Source of the DNA: Octopus sinensis
Lineage: Eukaryota
Length of the DNA stretch: 64,000 bases
Direction of reading: 5' to 3'
Assembly: GCF_006345805.1 (NCBI RefSeq)
Contig: NC_043006.1
Coordinates: 37,448,001 to 37,512,000 of the forward strand
The position numbers were made by a program, and so were the translations under genes. The notes below the pieces were generated by a model. It saw only the letters and a program-made list of their open reading frames with translations, was not told the origin of the DNA and ran no database searches. Positions 39,150 through 53,543 of this stretch are shown piece by piece; the stretch's first letter is position 1; each line of letters opens with the position of its first letter.

Positions 39150-39620
39150 TAGACTTATCAGAGATAGAAATGGCAGAGAGAAGAGGCAGTATATATCGTC
39201 GTGAAAGACATTGGAGTCTGCTGAGGAGCTTCTTTATCATTTTTATCGATGGGATCTGTACTACGTACGTTCTCAGGAGAAATCTTCGCTGATCAAGCTC
39301 CTAGCAGTTATTGCAACCTTGAGGTTTGTGGTTGTGTAATGTTCATGTTTAGGATGATAGATCGCCAGTGTTGGTTTTTGCTTGAGACTGAAGTGCAGCC
39401 CTACCTAAAGATCGAAACGTGGGAAGCCGTACCTCATATAAGGTGATCATTTGTTGACGTTTAATCATCTGCAAGAATCTCTGCCAATAATGTGGTGTAA
39501 TCTAGGGCAGTAAGGGAGATGCCACTAAACGGAACTGTCTGAGAGGCGCGCAGAGCGACAAAACCATACAGCAAACGTCACTTTAGTCTCCGAATACTGC
39601 TGACATATGTAGATAAGTCG
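39150..39620 (-). mobile_element. Possible highly decayed CR1-like LINE 3' region
   Basis: Weak translated echoes (WHLPY, YEVRL, GDL) in the expected order; many stops. Confidence 0.3.
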
Positions 39621-40115
39621 AACAACTATTGTGAGGCGGATCCGAATATTGGCCGAATTAATCGTCAAGATCCTTCCACCGACCAGGTTTTTTTCTTTAT
39701 ATACCTAGTAATTGTGATTTTGTGTTGTTATTTCACGCATTATATGTCTACATATGACTAATGCACTATATTAATATATTCTTTGTAGAGGACATTGTAC
39801 GAGCTGCATTGTTAATACATTAACACAATTTATGTGCATGCATTAAATGTAGGATTGGTTCAATACAAAAGCACAAATCGTAAGTAATAAACTAAAGCAA
39901 AATCGAAACTGTGCAGTGCAACCCGATATCCTTCCATACTTTTAATGTTAAAAGGAACATATTTAAAGAAAGAAAATTATAGGCAACCCCATCACCACTA
40001 CCACCATGTTTACTACTACCAGTACACCATCCCAAATGTTGTTTCTACATACAAAAGTGGGTTACAGTGAGAAATTCTCACGAACCTGTTGAAATGGTTT
40101 GATGATGGTGATATG

Positions 40116-40192
<77 letters not shown>

Positions 40193-40789
40193 TATAATAA
40201 TAATAATAATTAATAATAATAATAAATGTCCTGATGCAGTACCAGGTAGCGGCTCTCATGGCTTCTGATCTTAACTGATTGGGAGTGTTATCACGTACAT
40301 TGTTTTGTCTTGGTATAAAAGATGGGCTACAGTAAATATTCTGCTCAATACCACAGATTTGCGTGCAAGTTGTTTGACCATAACCAGTTTAGCATGTTCC
40401 TTAGTGGCTGACGATATGTGCATCTCTGATCACGAGAAGTAGTGGGGGAAAATCATAGCCATGTATTGAGAGGGATTCTTTGGGGTTTGAATAATTCCCC
40501 TCTGGAAACATGGATGTTTCGTTCAACATCCTTAAGCAACCCTTATTCAGGTACCTTTTGTGCGGGATGGGTTACTCGGCCAGAAGAAAATTTTAACTGG
40601 GCCCCACCTGCAATGTCATGTTCTGTTTATCTTGATATGAAATCACCATGTCGTGCACATATGGTTGTGATGCATGTGCTTAGTGTACCCTTATCAGACT
40701 GGTAGTCATGATGGGTATACTGGGCTTCGTATATTTTACCCCAGTGTCACTTTGATGGCATGCACTGCTCTCTCACTCAATAATAATAA

Positions 40790-41004
40790 TAATCATTTCT
40801 ATTATAGGCACAAAGCCTGAAATTTGGGGGTAGGAAGCCAGTCGATAAGATCGATCTCCGTACGCAACTGGTACTTAATTCATCGACCTCGACAGGATGA
40901 AAAGCAAAGTCGACCTTGGCAGAATTTAAACTCAGAACGTAGCGATGGGCGAAATACTGCGAAACATTTCGTCCAGCGTGCTGACTATTCTGCCAGCTCA
41001 GCGC

Positions 41005-41067
<63 letters not shown>

Positions 41068-41490
41068 CCTCTCTATTATAGTCACAAGGCCTGAAATTTG
41101 GGGAAGGGGGATAGTCGATTAGATCGAAACAGTACTCAACTGGTCCTTAATTTATCGACCCCGGAAGGACGAAAAGCAAAGTCGATCTAGGCGGAATTTG
41201 AAATTAGATCGTAGCTACTGACGAAATATCGCTAAGCATTTCGCCCGGCATGCTAACCAATCTGTCAGCTGAAGGTGGTAAGCTGGCAGAATCGTTAGCA
41301 CGCCGGAGAAACGGTTTAGCGGCATCTCGTTTTTCCTTTACGATCTAAGTTCAAATTCCGCCGAGGTCGACTTTGCTTTCCAACCTTTCGAGATCAATGA
41401 CACAAGTACCAAGGGAGCACTAAGGTCAATATAATCGACTAGTTCCCTCTCCAAAATTTCCGGGCCTTGGTCCTCTAGTAGAGAGGGTTA
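40790..41490. mobile_element. Cluster of three family A SINEs around (AAT)n
   Basis: Two minus-strand copies (40790-41005, 41070-41270) and one plus-strand copy (41272-41490). Confidence 0.85.
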
Positions 41491-41899
41491 TTGCTGTTGT
41501 TGTCGTCGTTGTTGTTCTCGTTCTTGTTTCCATTCCTACACTATTAAAAACAAGGGCACTGAGTAAAGAAACAAGTTTTTTGTTGCAATAAAATTAATAA
41601 TAATATTGCAGAAAAGAAAAACGAGAAAAAAACAAAAAAAAAACACGACGAGGGCTTTTTCATTTTCTTTTAGTTTTTCTTTCTTCTTTTCTTTTACAAT
41701 GAAGACGTATTTGAACGGGGGGGGGAAGAAAACAAAAAAGAAAGGATTAGAAGAACAAGAAATGCAGGAACAATAAAAGAATACGATAAGTAAGAAAGAA
41801 AACATTCTCATACGAAAAAGAATATTGAGAAAGCGAATGAAAACATGCACAGAAGAATGAGAAGAAGAAGGAACAAATATAAGGAAAACGATTAATATT

Positions 41900-41993
41900 C
41901 ACTATAATGATGATGATAATATAATAATAATAATAATAATATAATGATGATGATGATGATGATGATAATGATGATGATGATGATGATGATAAT

Positions 41994-42049
<56 letters not shown>

Positions 42050-42134
42050 TGATGATAATGATAATAATATAATAATAATATAATAATAATAATAATAATT
42101 AATAATGATAATAATAAAAATAATAATAATAATA

Positions 42135-42170
<36 letters not shown>

Positions 42171-42197
42171 TGATAATGATGTTGATAATGATGATGA

Positions 42198-42259
<62 letters not shown>

Positions 42260-42285
42260 ATAATGATGTTGATGATGATGATAAT

Positions 42286-42328
<43 letters not shown>

Positions 42329-42347
42329 GTTGATGATGATGATAATG

Positions 42348-42418
<71 letters not shown>

Positions 42419-42458
42419 TAATATATAATAATAATAAATGTTGTTGATGATGATGATG

Positions 42459-42513
<55 letters not shown>

Positions 42514-42550
42514 TGATGATGATGATGATGATGATGATAATAATAATAAT
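41900..42550. repeat. (AAT)n/(GAT)n microsatellite block
   Basis: Directly visible. Confidence 0.97.
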
Positions 42551-43055
42551 AATATTAGGAATGACTACAACAACAATAGCAACAATGTACGTTTTCAGAA
42601 GAAAAAAAAATGGAATCAACAATGCAGACGTGTATGGTTGTTTTCTTAACTGAAACCAACCAGGTGGTAAGGAATGACTGAAACAGACGGTGATGGCAAA
42701 TGCCGATCGATAGGATGAATGTAAGGAGCCGGTATGGAACAAGAAGCATTGACCGATTACATTGAAGACCAGCGCTCTTTCTCTCTTTGATAAGAAGAAT
42801 GAAAAAGGAAAAAAAAAACAAAAAAACATATGTATTTCCCGATCGTCCTCTTTTTTTTGTTTTTGTTTTTTTTTCCACGTCTATAAAGCACACACACATA
42901 TACATTAACACACGCATTCACAGACACAGAGACGTACAGATGCACACAATATTATGCGTAAACACGCTTCTAGACATACGTAAATGTTTGTTCAAACGTA
43001 TGTGGAACTATAATATATATATATGTATATATACATACATATATATTATATATAT

Positions 43056-43135
<80 letters not shown>

Positions 43136-43292
43136 CATATGTATTTACATATATACATATGTATTTACATGTATTGCTATATACGTATATGCACATATTG
43201 TATGCATATATACAAAGACACATAGATAAGCGCATAAACATTTATAAGCATTCACGAACCACTCACATACAAGCATAAATGAATACTAATGC

Positions 43293-43326
<34 letters not shown>

Positions 43327-43488
43327 GAAATAAAAGTGCTCAATATAATATGTATATCGATGCAAAGGAGTCCAGGGTCCACTGTCGAAAAACTACATTT
43401 CGCTTTCTGGCACATCTGGATATCAAACTTTCGACCGTGAAACACCAGCTTCGAATACATACATACACACATATATAGACATACATAC

Positions 43489-43522
<34 letters not shown>

Positions 43523-43531
43523 CATATTATG

Positions 43532-43568
<37 letters not shown>

Positions 43569-45026
43569 GTATGTATTACATGTTATGATACATATATATA
43601 TACTATTTTACTCTTTTACCTGTTTCAGTCATTTGACTGCGGCCATGATGGAGCACCGCCTTTAATCGAGCAAATCGACCCCAGGGCTTATTTTTTGTAA
43701 GCCTAGTACTTATTCCATCGGTCCCTAATGCCGAACCGCTAAGTTATGGGGACGTAAACACACCACCATCGGCTGTCAAGCGATGTTAGGGGTTCAAACT
43801 CAGACACGCAAACATATACACACATACATATAAATATATGACGAGCTTCTTTCAGTTTCCATCTACCAAATCCACTAAAGGCTTTGGTCGACCCGAAGAT
43901 ATAGTAGAAGTTGCCCAAGGTGCCACGCAGGGGGACTGAACCCGGAACCATGTGGTTGGTAAGCAAGCTACTTACCACACAGCCACGCCTGCGCCTGTGT
44001 ATAAATATATATATATAGGCTTTGGTCGGCCCGAAGCTATAGTAGAAGACAGTTGCTCGAGGTGTCACGCAGTGGGACTGAACCACTCACAAAGCTTTGG
44101 TCAGCCCGAGATTATAGTAGAATACACTTGCTGAAGATGTCACGCAGTGGGACTGAACCCAGAACCATGTGGTTGGGAAGCAAGCTTCTTACCACACAGC
44201 CATGCCTGCACCTATATGCATTTGAAAATTTTGCCTCATGCTGCTTTCAAAGATTTCACAGTTTGAAAAATGTCCTGCCAGCGAGTGGCATCCATCATTC
44301 TTTACGCCTCATTGTCAATATGTGCTAAAGAATGTTCATCATAAGGTTAACATAAGGGGACACTACATGAAACCTATGGTTTTGTAATGCGAAGATATTT
44401 CCAGATGGTAAACACATGTGAGCAAAGAAACCACACACACACACACACACGCACAAACACATACACATGTGTACACACATGCACAGACACACAAGACACA
44501 CACGTTCTCCACAGGGTAGAACGTAATTAGCCTTAACGACAGAACTTCGATATTATCTTTTTTTTTTTTTTTTTTACTCGAAAGTTTCAACAAAATTTTA
44601 AATAAATTAGAAATTACTTGGTGCTGCAAAATAAATCTATATTGCGAAAGAAGCGATGAAGAAGCGAATATATGTGGGTCTTACCCCATAACAAATCTCC
44701 CGATATAGATAGATAGATAGATAGAATGATAGATGGACAGATCGACAGACAGATAAGATAGACAGACAGACAAACAAGCACACACACACACACACACACA
44801 CACAGGCAAAGAGATTGATAGAATCAGATAAATAGATAGATAAGTTTCTTTATTACCCACACAGGGCCGAACACGGGGGGTGGGGCAAAATACAATGTAG
44901 AGCTTTTCTTTTCGAAAATAGAAAAAAAAGGAGAAAAAATAAAATTCCGATCAAAAGGGATCGTGAAAAAAATATATAGACAGATAGACAGATGGTAGAT
45001 AGACAGACAGACAGGCAGGCAAACAT

Positions 45027-45145
<119 letters not shown>

Positions 45146-45146
45146 A

Positions 45147-45179
<33 letters not shown>

Positions 45180-45449
45180 TAGAGAGAGAGATAGATAGAT
45201 AGATAGACAGACAGATAGAGAGATAGAATGATAGATAGATATATGAATACTGTGTGTGAGTGGTGTGTGTGTGTGTGTGTGTGTGTGTAATGTAAAGGTG
45301 TAAGGATTTGGGATCCAGGCAGGTACCCTATTAGTATTCCGATATAATCCAGGTTCTGGTGGCAAACCACAGTGAATGACAGGAAACATATAGAATTGTG
45401 CAAAATAAACAATTAAACACTACTTCACTCGACAGGAAAATCCTGAGTT

Positions 45450-45890
45450 TGCTTCATTGGATCAAGACATCATGGCAAAGAATGGAGAATTATACATCTT
45501 CAAAATGTGTTTATTATACTACAAATCTGTAGGAGCGCCATGATTTCAAGCGCAAGTAAAAGATCCCCAAAATGTCCAATACCATACGTTGCATATCTGG
45601 GGTTTTTTTTAATATCAGAATGACACACTTAAAAGGATCAATGTCGATACTAATACCTGGGAAGACTTTGCATTAGATAGGGAGCTGTGGGGTAAGCTGA
45701 CTGCTACTGGTATTAAAGAATTCAAGAACAATAGTGTTACATACAATGAGTTGAAACTTGCTGGTGAATATACGGAGAATGTGAATCTTCTCCCTGAGAA
45801 GGGCACGAAAGAATTTCTTTGTTGAAGCCAGTGAGGTCGCGTCTACATCTCAAAGGCAGGCCTGCGAAGGCACTCCCATATCCTAATGTG
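45450..45890 (+). mobile_element. RTE LINE ORF2 C-terminal fragment
   Basis: LHW...RMENY..KCVYY, NDTLKRINVDTNTWEDFALDRELWGKL...GIKEF, FLC..GRVYISKAGLRRH; interrupted by an approximately 55-bp insertion. Confidence 0.75.
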
Positions 45891-46533
45891 ATATCCAGCA
45901 TGATCGGTCGTGCACATTGCTAAAATAATCTTATCATGAAGAACATTTTAGTACCGGTTTCGGTCTTTGCGACGTTTTCAACTTAGAGTAAAGCATGAAA
46001 AAACAATTAAATTGTGGAAAATTTAAAAGAAATGTCCAATACCATACGTTGGTATTTTTAAAATATTTCCATAGTTTTCAAATAGGTGAGACATTTTCCT
46101 TTTTTCTGTCTGTCTGTCTCTCTTTTATTTTTGTGAAGGCTCAGTAGGTAGTAGCAGATCTGAAGAATTATCTATATATATATATATATACATATCACCG
46201 TGACCGACCAGGCTATCAGATGTTGCTACACATCGCTGGTCACAATGCGCTTCGCATTGTCTTAGCCTTCAAATGACGCCACCCCGCTGGCTAAGCGAGC
46301 AGGCCAACAGAAGAAAGAGAGATTTGTGGCGAAAGAGTACAGCAGGGATCGCCACCACCCCCTGCCGGAGCCTCGTGGAGCTTCAGGAGTTTTCGCTCAA
46401 TAAACACTCACAACGCCCGGTCTGGGAATCGAAACCACGATTCTGCAACCGCGAGTCCGCTGCCCTAACCACTGGGCCATTGCGCCTCCACATATATACA
46501 TATATACATACATATGTATATATATATACATAC

Positions 46534-46591
<58 letters not shown>

Positions 46592-46597
46592 CATAAT

Positions 46598-46656
<59 letters not shown>

Positions 46657-47106
46657 TATATATGAATGTATATAATGCATAGATAGATATGTGAGTATAT
46701 GTGTGTTTGGCCCCTGTCACTGCAGATAACTGGCGTTTGTGTTTTACAACACCGTAACTTAGCAGTTCGTCAAAAGACGAGGGAATGAGTACCAGCAATA
46801 AGTACTGTGGTTGATTATGCCAGGCGGTGTCCCTGCAGGGTCGCACTCTAATAGCCGAAACAAATAAAAGATATGTGTGCGTGTGTGTGCGTGTGTGTTT
46901 ACGTATGTATAAGCATATAATGCATATATGTGCGTGTGTGAATGCGTGAGTGTTCAGGTGTATGTCCGCGTATTTACGTATGTATAGATACACATATGCA
47001 CACCATTTCAACACGCGCGCACGCGTACATAAAAGTAGAGGTTTGTTGTCAAACATACATACATATGTATATATATAATATATATATATAATATATATAT
47101 ATTATT

Positions 47107-47555
47107 ATATAAAAGGGCTTAGTAAAATAAATTACTTTGCCGCATACTGAACTCATTAGAAATACAGCTAAAAACTTTTTTAAGGCTATTTCTAATACTA
47201 TAAAGAAAATCTCTCTCATATATAGTGTTTGCATAATTTAACTCACAAAAGTTGGGGTTATGACATCGAAAAATCAAATGCTAACCTTAGCATTTGATTT
47301 TTCGATGTCATTACCCCCAAACTTTTGTGATTAAATTATGCAAACACTATATATGAGAGAGATTTTCTTTAAGTATAGAAATAGCCTTAAAAAGTTTTTT
47401 AGCTGCTATTTCTATGAGTTCAGTATGCGGCAAAGTAATTTATTTTACTAAGCCCTTTTTATAATGTAATAATTTGAATTCGCCTGAATGGTCCCTTTGC
47501 ATACTGAACACTTGTGAAATTGATTAATAATTAATTAATTTGCCCTCAATTGTTG

Positions 47556-47560
<5 letters not shown>
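47107..47560. repeat. Large fold-back palindrome (about 177-bp arms, 2-nt loop at 47284-47285) of a repeat also found at 62342-62625
   Basis: 47107-47283 is the reverse complement of 47286-47462; 47281-47560 matches 62342-62625 apart from small indels. Confidence 0.9.
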
Positions 47561-47601
<41 letters not shown>

Positions 47602-48016
47602 CTCTTTTACTTGTTTCAGTCATGTGACTGTGGCCATGCTGGAGCATCGCCTTTAGTCGAACAAATCGACCCCGAGACTTTTTCTTTGTAAGCCTAGTAC
47701 TTATTCTATCGGTCTCTTTTGCCGAACCGCTAAGTTACGAAGACGTAAACATACCAGCATCGGTTGTCAAGGGATGTTGGGTGGGGGCGGAGAAACACAG
47801 ACACACAAACATATACACACACACACATATATATATATACACATATACGACGGGCTTCTTTCAGTTTCCATCTACCAAATCCACTCACAAGGATTAGGTC
47901 GTCGCTTGCCCAAGGTGCAACGCAGTGGGACTGAACCCGGAACTATGTGGTTCGTAAGCGAGCTACTTACCATACAGCCACTCCTACGCCTATGTAGGAG
48001 TGGCTGTGTTGTAGGA

Positions 48017-48089
<73 letters not shown>

Positions 48090-48479
48090 CGTATGTATAT
48101 ATATGTATATATAAATGTATATATATACATATATATATATATATATACATGCAATGCATGTATGTATGTTTGCATGTATGTATACAGACAGACAGACACC
48201 ACCTCTTTTCTCTGCGTGTTTGAGGGGGGAAAATGAAGCGAAGGAATGAAACGCGACGGTAAAAATGCAAGCGGTGAAGAACGAAAGAAGAAATGAGAGA
48301 GAGAGAGAGAGAGACAGACAGAGATAGAGAGATAGAGAGAGAGAGAGAGGGAGAGAGAAAAAACATGGAAGCATGGAAGAAGGAATGACAAAAGTAGCAA
48401 TAGAAGGAAGAATGGCAAAAAGATGTATGTGTGATGTCTGTATGGGTGTACACGACTATGTATACTGGAATCAATGTGA

Positions 48480-48527
<48 letters not shown>

Positions 48528-48641
48528 GATAAATTGATAGATAGATATAGATATATATGCATATATATATATATATATACATATATGCATATGTATATAT
48601 GCATATATATATATGCATGTTTGTATGTATACAATGAGTTA

Positions 48642-48681
<40 letters not shown>

Positions 48682-48907
48682 CACCAAACACTGAGACATA
48701 TTTTAAAGGAAGTTAAAGAGTGACTCATGGGTGGAAAGTTTCGTTCATTGTCACTTAACCGCGTTAGATCGATGTTTAGTTTGAGTAAATACACAAACAT
48801 ATTTTGGTAATGGTAAATTTCATTCTTCACTGACGAAAAAAAAGTGACGATTATCATCATCATCAACATCATCATCAACATCATCATCATCATTGTTGTT
48901 GTTGTTG

Positions 48908-48988
<81 letters not shown>

Positions 48989-49956
48989 TTGAGGTGGCGA
49001 GTAGGCAGAATCGCTAGCGCATCGGACAAAACGCTTACCGGCATTTCGTCCGTCTTTCCGTTTTGAGTTCGAATTCCGCCGATGTTGACTATATCTTAGA
49101 TCTTATCAGAGTCGATAAAATAAATAGCAGCTATGCACTGGGATCGATATAATCGATTAGAGCCCTCCCCACAAATTTCTGGCCCTGTGTCTGTCGTAGA
49201 AGGGAAAGGATTACTAAGGTCGCAGAAGATGGCGAGCCGGCAGAATCGTAGGCGCGCAGGACAAAATGCTTAGGGGCATATCGACCGTCTCTACGTTGTG
49301 AGTTCAAATTCCGCCGAGGTCAGCTTCGCCTTTCATCATTTCGGGGTCGATGAAATAAGCACTAGTGAAATACCGAGGCCGAAATAATGGACTTACACCC
49401 TAAAATTGCAAACCTTGTAGCAAAATTTTAAACGAGGATTATTAAGACAGGGAAATGGCCGAATCGTTAGAGCGTGAGACCGGCTATTTAGGTTCTGGGT
49501 TCAAATCCGGCTGAGGTAAGTTGTGCCAATCATCTTTTCGGGGTCGATATAATGAGCATCAGTTTAACACCGGGGTCGATGTAAACGACTAGCCTATCCC
49601 CGTTTAGAATTTCAGTCCAGGTTTGGCGAAATGAAGATGCGGTAGAATTCGTAGAACTTCAGCGTTCAAATTGTTGGCGCGGTCGAATACGTTTCTTCGA
49701 TAGTGATCGATACATTAGGACGTGGTCTATACAGTGACATAAAATTAAGGACTAGGGGGAAATCATATTCGATTTGTGACTCCCCACCTAATGTCGATCC
49801 CCATCTCACAAATTTAGGCATTGTCTCCGACATATAGGAAACTATTAGATCAATTTTTATTATTTCTTTATAACCAACAAACATTTGCTCAATTGTAAAT
49901 AATGATAACAGAATGAAATATAGAATGAAATATAGATAGATAGACAGACAGAGATT

Positions 49957-50030
<74 letters not shown>

Positions 50031-50161
50031 GAAGAACACATAAACACTCACTCACATATATACACAACACACACTCGTATGTGAGTTTACTTACGTATAT
50101 ATGTACATTTGTAAACAAACATGTATATATATAATATATATATAGAGAGAGAGAGTGAGAG

Positions 50162-50264
<103 letters not shown>

Positions 50265-50785
50265 TATTGAAATATAGATATACGTATGTATAAACTTCTA
50301 TGTACATATACATACAGGCATACATTCTTACATATATATGCATGCATGTCTGCATGCATACATGCATACATGCATACATACATGCATACATACATACATA
50401 GATACATACATACATACATACATACATACATACATACATACATACATACATGTCAGAATAGAGATAGACAGAGCGAGAGAAAGTAAGAAAGACAGACAAA
50501 AATAAAGACAGAAATATCTGTTTGTCTGCTTGTATGTATATATATATATGTGTGTGTGTGTGTGTATGTGTGTATTTATACGCGTGTATATACGAGTGTG
50601 TATGTATTTGTGTATATATATATTTGTGTTATATTATATATTAGAGTAAATACGAGTGCATGCTTGGTATGTATATACACATTAGCGCATGTATATATAT
50701 ATATATATACATGTGAATTCATGGTTTAGTTTACAATATTTTTTGGCGTTGATATATTCTTTTTAAATGCAAAATTCTTACTTAC

Positions 50786-50815
50786 CAGTGCTGGATCATC
50801 CTGACTTTTTTTATT
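50786..50815 (-). CDS. Candidate 30-nt micro-exon (NKKSQDDPAL in phase 0, or IKKVRMIQH in phase 2)
   Basis: CTAAC branch point, TTTCATATCCAG acceptor, CTG/GTAAGT donor; length divisible by 3; no protein recognised. Confidence 0.4.
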
Positions 50816-50911
50816 CTGGATATGAAACGGGTAGTTAGTTGATAATAAGTTGTATGAGAAATATAGAGATGATGTGTAGAGATAGATAGATAGATATGTG
50901 ATATATATTTA

Positions 50912-50959
<48 letters not shown>

Positions 50960-50974
50960 ATATATATATATATT

Positions 50975-51019
<45 letters not shown>

Positions 51020-51199
51020 ATATATTATGTATGTATAGCTGCCTGGTAGAAAAGCGATGGGCCACCTCTTTCTCGCTTAAGTGTACGAGCTTGGTCTTTC
51101 TGTGACAGACAGTTTAAAGATTCCGAAGGTAGCTTCTGATAACAGCATCTGCCACAGTCACTGACGGCAGAAAGTAGAGGCGCTGGTCGATGGGGTGAA

Positions 51200-51278
51200 G
51201 TAGACGTTGTGGTAGTAGTGGTAGGGGTGGTGGAGGAGGAGGAGGAAGAGATGGTGTTGATTGTGGTGGTAGCGATAG

Positions 51279-51312
<34 letters not shown>

Positions 51313-51950
51313 AATGGTAGTGGTGGTAGCTGTGGCAACGATAGTGGTGGTGGTGGTGGTGGTGTGGTGGTGGTGGTGGTGGCGGTGGTAGTGGTTATGG
51401 TGGTAGCGGCGGCGGCGGCAGTGGTGGTGGTGGTGGTGGTGGTGGTGGTGGTGGTGGTGATGGGTGTATTGGTGGTGGCAGTGGTAGTGGTGCTGGTGGT
51501 GGTGGTGGTGTTTGTGGTGGAGGAGATAGTGGTGATGTTGTTATTGTTAGTGGTAGTAGTGGTTGTGGTGAAGATGGCGGCGGCAGTAGTGGTTGTGTGT
51601 GGTGTTGTTCGTGTCGATGGTGGCGGTGGTGGTGGTGGTGGTAGTGGTGGCGGCGGTGTTTACGATTGTGAAGTAGTGTAAATGTCTGCAGGGGCTTTCT
51701 GGTAATAGTGCAGTTTGTTGTTGTAATGGTGGTGGTGATGGTGGTTGTGGTGGTGGTGGCGGCGGCGGCGGAGGTGGTATTGGTGCTAGTGCTGCTGGTT
51801 ATGGAATTTGTGGTCATGCAGTGGGGGAATGTTGTGGCGGTAGTTGTGGTAGTGATGGCATTATGGTTGTTGTCGTAGTGTTTATTATTGTTATGGTGAT
51901 GGTGGTGGTGGTGGCGGTGGTGGTGATGGTGGCGGTGGTGGTGATGGTGC
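51200..51950. repeat. (GGT/GTG/GAT)n low-complexity tract
   Basis: Directly visible; gives poly-V, poly-H and poly-P ORFs. Confidence 0.92.
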
Positions 51951-52694
51951 ATCCACTTGTAGGAAGTGTATATGTGTGTGTGCATGCACGCATGTAATAC
52001 TGTGTGTGTGTATGCGATAGTGTGTGCATGTGTGTGATTGCGGTCCTGCGTGTTTTTGTTGCTATTATTTAACCCCGGGCAGTTCAAATTCCGCCGAAGT
52101 CGACCTTACTTTTCATCCTTTCAGGATCGATAAAATTAGTGCCAGTTATGCACTGGGGGCGACGTAAATCGACTAAACCCATTCCCCCAAATTTGAGGCC
52201 TTGTGCTTCCAGTAGAAAGGATTATTTAACCCAAGGCGAAAATGAGTCAGGGACACCTATGATCATAGGTATTCCATCCATAATCAACACGTCTATTTAA
52301 GGTAAGGTAGGACTAATACTACATTATCGAATGTGACCTGTCTTTTGTGTAAAGAACCAGGGTGATGAATTTGAGGGAGATTTGACTGCTATTTCTAGCA
52401 GTTCGAGCGAGCACATACAGGCTCCCTCGTTGGCAATACTGTGTGACGTTGGTAATATTCGTATGTGCATGTGTGTGTGTGTGTTTATGTGTATGAGTAT
52501 GTATGTGTTTGTGTGTGCGTTTGTGCGTGCCTTGTTTGTGTGTATGAGAGTGCGTGTGTGACCGCGCAGGTTTTTATGTCTATCTGTGTGTGTCTGTGTG
52601 TGTGTAATTGTGCGTGACAGCTCTGTCCGTCAAGGAAGTGGAAAACTAACTATATTAGCAAGTGTATATATACAGAAATCTATTTATATTATAT

Positions 52695-53310
52695 TCTTTT
52701 CTACTCTAGGCACAAGGCCCGAAATTTGGGGGGAAGGGGTGGCAGTCGATTAGATTGATACCAGTACGCAACTGGTACTTAATTTATCGACCCCGAAAGG
52801 TTGAAAGGCAAAGTCGACCTCGGCGGAATTTGAACTCAGAACGTAGCGGCAGCCGAAATACCGCTAAGCATGTCGCCCGGCGTGCTAACGTTTCTTATTT
52901 CTTTATTACTCACAAGGGGTTAAATATAGAGGGGACAAGCAAGGACAGACAAAGGGATTAAGTCGATTAGATCGATCACAGTATGAAACTGGTATTTAAT
53001 TTATCGACTCCGAAAGGATGAAAGGCAAAGTCGACCTCAGCGGAATTTGAACTCAGAACATAAAGACAGAGGAAATACCTATTTCTTTACTACCCACAAG
53101 GGGCTAAACTCACAGGAGACAAACAAGGGCAGACAAGTGGATTAAGTCGATTACATCGACCTCAGTGCATAACTGGTACTTAATTTATCGACCCCGAAAA
53201 GATGAAAGGCAAAGTCGACCTCGGCGGATTTTGAACTCAGAACGTAACGGCAGACGAAATACGGCTACGCATTTTGCCCGGCGTGCAAACGTTTCTGCCA
53301 GCTCACAGAC
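52695..53310 (-). mobile_element. SINE family A multimer array (3-4 units)
   Basis: Repeated approximately 180-bp units with the core TTTATCGACCCCGAAAGG. Confidence 0.9.
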
Positions 53311-53543
53311 TTCCCTTATATTAGTGATATAAAGCGTCGAGTTGGCAGAATCGTTACCGCGCCGGACGAAATGCTTAGCGGCATTTCGTCCGTCTTTACG
53401 TTCTGAGTTCAAATTCCGCCCAGGTCAACTTTACCTTACTTCCTTTCAGAATATCGACGTAACCACTTACCCAGAGATTACTGGCCTTGTGGCGAAATTT
53501 GAAATCATTATTAGTGGCTTGTATGCGTATACACACTTTTATA

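Noticed and set aside
42680-42720. EF-hand-like TDGDGK followed by GTAAGG
   Set aside because: All three frames from the nearest acceptor contain stops, and the loop does not continue to the conserved Glu.
49666-49870. Non-repetitive-looking C-terminus of the 277-aa minus-strand ORF
   Set aside because: Partly a decayed SINE read antisense and fused to microsatellite translation; no domain recognised.
51200-51950. Poly-His, poly-Pro and poly-Val ORFs and G-quadruplex potential
   Set aside because: Simple (GGT)n low-complexity DNA, with no evidence of coding or specific structure.
52695-53310. Regularly spaced repeats suggestive of a CRISPR array (also 60467-61070)
   Set aside because: Units are approximately 180-bp SINE multimers without unique spacers, there are no cas genes, and the context is eukaryotic.
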